Origin: a virus
Taxonomy: Duplodnaviria > Caudoviricetes
Virus record (IMG/VR): IMGVR_UViG_3300048562_000013
Span: 1-46,439 of that record
Length of the DNA stretch: 46,439 bases
Strand: one strand, 5' to 3'
Of this stretch, positions 42,984 to 46,439 are shown in pieces. The notes beneath the pieces were generated by a model. The model did not search any database. It saw nothing but the letters and a program-made list of their open reading frames with translations, and had not been told where the DNA came from. The position numbers and the translations under genes were made by a program. The first letter of the stretch is position 1. Every line of letters starts with the position of its first letter.

Positions 42984-43330
42984 TTGGGCATCTCCGGCAG
43001 GCGCACATTGCGGGGGCCGATGTGCTCAATCGGAGGCGTAGGCACCGGAATCCGACGATAAAGGCGCCGCCGGTGGCCTTGTCGCTCTGGCGGGATTGGC
43101 CCGTCTTCCCACTTGCTTTCGATGATGCCGCGCTCTTCCCATGCAAAGACGCGGCTGTAAAACTGCGCGACGCAGACCTCCGACGCTCTGACGATGTCCA
43201 ATGAGCGACGCCATTCGGTGTCGGACATCGCGGCTAGAATCCGTTCGCTCGCCGGCGGCAATTGCCACCAATGGATGATCGCTTTGATGATCCGCCCAAG
43301 GCGGTAGTCTGAGAGCGGGCGCTTCATCAA
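42980..43330 (-). CDS. PadR-like winged-helix protein
   Basis: FYSRVFAWEERGIIESKWE...RRRLYR. Confidence 0.6.
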   Translation of the reverse strand: MMKRPLSDYRLGRIIKAIIHWWQLPPASERILAAMSDTEWRRSLDIVRASEVCVAQFYSRVFAWEERGIIESKWEDGPIPPERQGHRRRLYRRIPVPTPPIEHIGPRNVRLPEMPK

Positions 43331-43539
43331 TCATCCTCATCAGGATCAATGGTCGCCGAGACGCAAATGCGTCGGCCTTTCAGCGGGCCGCTGTTGATTG
43401 TGAGCTTCACGGAAATGCTGAGCGTGCAGCAGATTTCATCAGAGAAGCGCACATGTCGCTCCAGCTCTTCAGCGTGGTCGTCGATCATGCTGATCGTAGT
43501 GGCGATGAGGAGATCGAAGATCTTTGATCCAGGCTTCAT
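43327..43539 (-). CDS. Hypothetical protein
   Basis: MKPGSKIFDLL...; ATGA coupled. Confidence 0.55.
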   Translation of the reverse strand: MKPGSKIFDLLIATTISMIDDHAEELERHVRFSDEICCTLSISVKLTINSGPLKGRRICVSATIDPDEDD

Positions 43540-43781
43540 GCCGAGGCCTTCTCTTTGAGGCGGTAGCATTTCGCCGACCTGTCGTAGACGAGCGCGCCGG
43601 TGACCGTCCGCATGATCATCAGGTCGATCCGGGCTTGGTTCGCGCTGATTGTTCCGGCGCGCTGGAGATCCGAACGGTTGAGCGCTCCAGTCCGCATGAG
43701 CGTTCCGAACGCCCGCGCCATGCGCTTGCGCGTCGGCAATTGCAAATCGCCCCATGCATCGATTTGGGTCCAATCCGTCAC
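43536..43781 (-). CDS. Stand-alone wHTH resembling the N-terminus of CapW/BrxR-type WYL regulators
   Basis: GALNRSDL...TISANQARIDL......LVYDRSAKCY. Confidence 0.6.
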   Translation of the reverse strand: MTDWTQIDAWGDLQLPTRKRMARAFGTLMRTGALNRSDLQRAGTISANQARIDLMIMRTVTGALVYDRSAKCYRLKEKASA

Positions 43782-44284
43782 TGCTCTTCTCTCCGAATGG
43801 CGTTGCGTGATCCGAGCGGCTTTTTCCAGCCGCTATGCTTGCCGCAAGGCAGGGGGATGTTGCCTTTGCGGGTGAGGCGGGGCGCATGCAGCTTCTGCCC
43901 GTGATCCTTGGCGAACAGCTTGCGGTGGAACTCGGCGAGCTTCTCCGTCAGGCGCTTCGATTTCGCGGCGATCGTCGTATCGCGCTTCGACTTCTCGGCA
44001 TGAACCGGGCGCGGCAACAGATTGCAGTTCTGCGGGCGTGTATCACCTCCGAGGGCGTGCAGAAGATTGTGATCCGCCTCGACATAATGGCAGATGTCTT
44101 TGGCGCTCCCGGTGCTCGCGAGTGGCTCCGGAACTAGCCCGAGGGCGAGATAAGCCGCGGCGAGGCGCTCCGTCTGGTTAAAGCAGCGGCGGCGCTTACC
44201 GCCCTGCCGCGGCGAGTGAGGGGATGAGAGGGCCTCACTCGCTGCGGCATCATGCGCGCGCTGGGACGCGCGTGTTCTGGTCAT
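43778..44284 (-). CDS. HNH-like endonuclease
   Basis: EADH..LHALGG...PQN..LL..PVH..KS..D...AAKSKR. Confidence 0.7.
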   Translation of the reverse strand: MTRTRASQRAHDAAASEALSSPHSPRQGGKRRRCFNQTERLAAAYLALGLVPEPLASTGSAKDICHYVEADHNLLHALGGDTRPQNCNLLPRPVHAEKSKRDTTIAAKSKRLTEKLAEFHRKLFAKDHGQKLHAPRLTRKGNIPLPCGKHSGWKKPLGSRNAIRREEQ

Positions 44285-44532
44285 ATCAGGCGCTCCTGCT
44301 GTGCCAGCCAGCTTGGAATGGTGATGACGACGCTGCGGCCACCTTCGCGAACGATCTTTGTGACGTGCGCCTTCGGGAGCCATTTCCAGCTCTCGCGGCC
44401 GTCGCCGAGCTGCAGCTCGCCGGTGCCGTTCACGATGGCGATTCCGTCATGGGTTTCTTTGCGCAGCTCGCAGGCGATCTCGACAAAGCCGGGAGCGACC
44501 GGCGGCGCTTCATGTCCAAAAAGATCAGCCAT
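44281..44532 (-). CDS. Conserved small phage protein
   Basis: ET..GIAI...WLPKAHV.......ITIPSWLA. Confidence 0.7.
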   Translation of the reverse strand: MADLFGHEAPPVAPGFVEIACELRKETHDGIAIVNGTGELQLGDGRESWKWLPKAHVTKIVREGGRSVVITIPSWLAQQERLI

Positions 44533-44552
44533 TTCCGATGCTCCCTTGTCCG

Positions 44553-44598
44553 GGTGGAGCGGCGGCGAGACGTTTACCCCGCTAGCCGCCGCTCCACC
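44553..44598. other. Perfect 14-bp intergenic hairpin
   Basis: GGTGGAGCGGCGGC / GCCGCCGCTCCACC. Confidence 0.8.
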
Positions 44599-44618
44599 GC
44601 TGCCGCACTCCCGGTCGG

Positions 44619-44942
44619 CTACTGCTTGACCACAAGTTCGACCTCTATGCCGCCCATGCGCTTCCGGTTGGCGGCAGCAATCATGGTGTCGATGTCGCGG
44701 GCGAAATTCCGGAACACGGCGCATTGTTGGTCGATGGTCTGATTGGCTGCGATCTGCTCGGCGGCGAGGTCGGCCAGCGCGGCGAGGATCGCCTGCGAAT
44801 TCGGCATGAGGTCGCGAGCCGAGAACCAGCGGGCGATGCACTCGCGCAGCTCCAGCGTCAGGCTGGGCGCCGTCATCTGGCGCGGCGCTTGAGCCAGGAA
44901 CTCATCCACGAAAGGTGATGTATTGGCTTTGGAATTTGTCAT
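44619..44942 (-). CDS. Hypothetical helical protein
   Basis: ORF at the head of the early-left gene run. Confidence 0.6.
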   Translation of the reverse strand: MTNSKANTSPFVDEFLAQAPRQMTAPSLTLELRECIARWFSARDLMPNSQAILAALADLAAEQIAANQTIDQQCAVFRNFARDIDTMIAAANRKRMGGIEVELVVKQ

Positions 44943-45020
44943 CGTTTATAGTCCCGGCCTTCAGTTGACGTGGACAAAAGTCGCGCAACTTGCGCGGGAG
45001 TTATTGGGGGATCTGAGTAA

Positions 45021-45539
45021 ATGCTTGCATTTATGCTGGTCGGGACGTTGTTCTGTTTTCTCGCCGGGACCGTTTTTGCTGGGAACATGGCCGGCTTCGC
45101 CGCAGCGCTTGCCTTTATGGTGTTCTGCATCGCGCTCTTGCTTATCCGGACGTTTGCGCGCGTGCTCGGCGGCACAGCCGTTGGTGTTGGTCGGCTCTTC
45201 CTTCCGTGGGAGCAGAGCCGCGGGAGCAAGCCCGTCTATGCTGACTACGCCGATGGCAAGCGTCCAATCGCGGGCGCTATCGACCTGGAATATGTTGACG
45301 AAAACGGCGGCGAGACCGAGCGCTACATCGAAGCCCGAAGCCTGGAAATGAAAAGCGGCAGGCTGTACCTGTGGGGTTATTGCGAGCAGCGTCATGGCAT
45401 GCGCAGTTTTCGCGTCGATCGCATCGCCGCCCTGCGCGATGGCGAAAACGGCGAGATCGTCCCGAGAGATCAGATCGCGGCTTGGCTGATGCGACGCTCG
45501 GAAGCGCAATCTCCCGGCAGAACTATGACCGATCGGTGA
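45021..45539 (+). CDS. Membrane-anchored WYL-domain protein
   Basis: Two N-terminal TMs; LEYVDENGGETER.I......YLWGYCEQRHGMRSFRVDRI. Confidence 0.85.
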   Translation: MLAFMLVGTLFCFLAGTVFAGNMAGFAAALAFMVFCIALLLIRTFARVLGGTAVGVGRLFLPWEQSRGSKPVYADYADGKRPIAGAIDLEYVDENGGETERYIEARSLEMKSGRLYLWGYCEQRHGMRSFRVDRIAALRDGENGEIVPRDQIAAWLMRRSEAQSPGRTMTDR

Positions 45540-45620
45540 TGTCAATAAATACGGCTGATCTGTGACTGAGATGTCACGTGGGAGTCGTAATCCGTAAACT
45601 AATCCCTTCACCCATGTTCT

Positions 45621-45887
45621 TTGTCCGTGAAAAAAGCTCCACACTACGTGTCTTTGCAGATGGGAGTTAATGTCATGTGTGCGCGTAAGCCGTGCTCTGG
45701 TTACTATTGGCAACCGGTTTATCGGCAGGGCGGAAAGCTTTTGGTCTGGGCATGGGATCTTGAGCATGGCGTCATGCGCCAGCTCATTATCAAACGGATT
45801 TGCAGATTGATCGATGTGGAGACTGGCGAAGACATTGAAGGCGCGGATATAACGCGTCTGATGCCAGTTTGGTCTCGGTTGAATTGA
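45621..45887 (+). CDS. Divergent or truncated WYL-like protein
   Basis: LLVWAWDLEHGVMRQLIIKRICRLIDVETGEDI parallels the WYL C-terminal half of the upstream gene. Confidence 0.5.
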   Translation: MSVKKAPHYVSLQMGVNVMCARKPCSGYYWQPVYRQGGKLLVWAWDLEHGVMRQLIIKRICRLIDVETGEDIEGADITRLMPVWSRLN

Positions 45888-45919
45888 GAGCATGCCGCCT
45901 CCGAACTTGTCGGAGGCAA

Positions 45920-45972
45920 CAATGTGCCGAGATGCGATACACTGTCAATCAATTTGTGACGTAACTCGGCAC
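45920..45972 (-). promoter_or_regulatory. PL-like promoter and OL-like operators
   Basis: TTGACA (minus strand, 45948-45943) flanked by GTGCCGAGATGCGATAC (45924-45940) and GTGACGTAACTCGGCAC (45956-45972), the same consensus as OR. Confidence 0.7.
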
Positions 45973-45988
45973 AAATAATTTTAGGTAT

Positions 45989-46439
45989 CTATTGGTTCAC
46001 TCGATTTTTGCGCAGTGTGCTGTGCGATGAAATAACCACAGCCTTGATGCCCACATCTTGAGTGCGCAGATTCGCGATAGGCTGGTTTTTTGTAGAGCTA
46101 TTTGTGATCAATAGACTGGGCTCAATGAATTGTCGCAATATAGTTGCAACATTATTCTCAGTGCGCAGCCGGGCAATGGCAATATCGCCAGACTGGATAT
46201 TTGCAATCTCATCGGGGGACGTATCCACAACGAGAACGCCGCCGCGCACGATGCCTAGTTGCTCCAGGACATTGGTCATCACGCGGTAAAGAGCCTGAGT
46301 TTCTGTAAGTCGATAGCCAGAACCGGTGGCGTCGTTGTGGTTAAGCAGCTCCACATCGTCAACCATTGTGCCGTTTTCCGATCGCCTCAATATTTCTTCG
46401 GTTGGCACACCGAAGATTCCGCCGAGACGCTCCATCCAA
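45989..46439 (-). CDS. CI-like repressor, C-terminal part (degenerate S24/LexA-like domain)
   Basis: WMERLGGIFGV..EEIL (end of the HTH domain); LYRV...GI..GGVLVVD...SGDIAIA...TILRQF. Confidence 0.8.
   Translation of the reverse strand, partial: WMERLGGIFGVPTEEILRRSENGTMVDDVELLNHNDATGSGYRLTETQALYRVMTNVLEQLGIVRGGVLVVDTSPDEIANIQSGDIAIARLRTENNVATILRQFIEPSLLITNSSTKNQPIANLRTQDVGIKAVVISSHSTLRKNRVNQ

Noticed and set aside
44961-45893. 310-aa minus-strand ORF with a GGAGG SD after PL
   Set aside because: It fully overlaps the clear WYL gene on the opposite strand and has no recognisable motifs; probably a shadow ORF, though translation of its 5' part is not excluded

Overview
This window looks like a near-complete, circularly permuted genome of a temperate, HK97/lambda-like siphovirus. 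GC content and gene families point to an alphaproteobacterial host. The sequence is opened inside the CI-type repressor gene, whose N-terminus lies at 1-92 and C-terminus at 45989-46439. Gene order: lytic/lysogenic switch, early-right genes (DnaA-C-like HTH, a phage-borne beta-clamp dnaN, HTH initiator-like protein, Dam-type methylase), late leader, HNH, terminases, portal, S49 protease, capsid, tail (with a -1 frameshifted chaperone), lysis, a ~10 kb accessory region (28.2-38.3 kb), attP (3' half of tRNA-Gln-CTG), tyrosine integrase, excisionase, C5 methylase, early-left genes and WYL-domain genes. Four observations stand out. (i) An accessory cluster holds ParA plus an RHH partner, GTCTAGAC repeats, a catalytically degenerate primase-helicase, and three proteins with D5/P4-alpha-like winged-helix domains, two of them membrane-anchored. 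(ii) A type II hammerhead ribozyme with an intact core sits inside a small-protein operon flanked by other structured RNA elements. (iii) An apparently non-cleavable repressor lies next to WYL-domain genes and a stand-alone WYL-regulator-type wHTH. (iv) Several genes are bounded by duplicated junction sequences. All family assignments come from motif recognition by eye; no searches were run.
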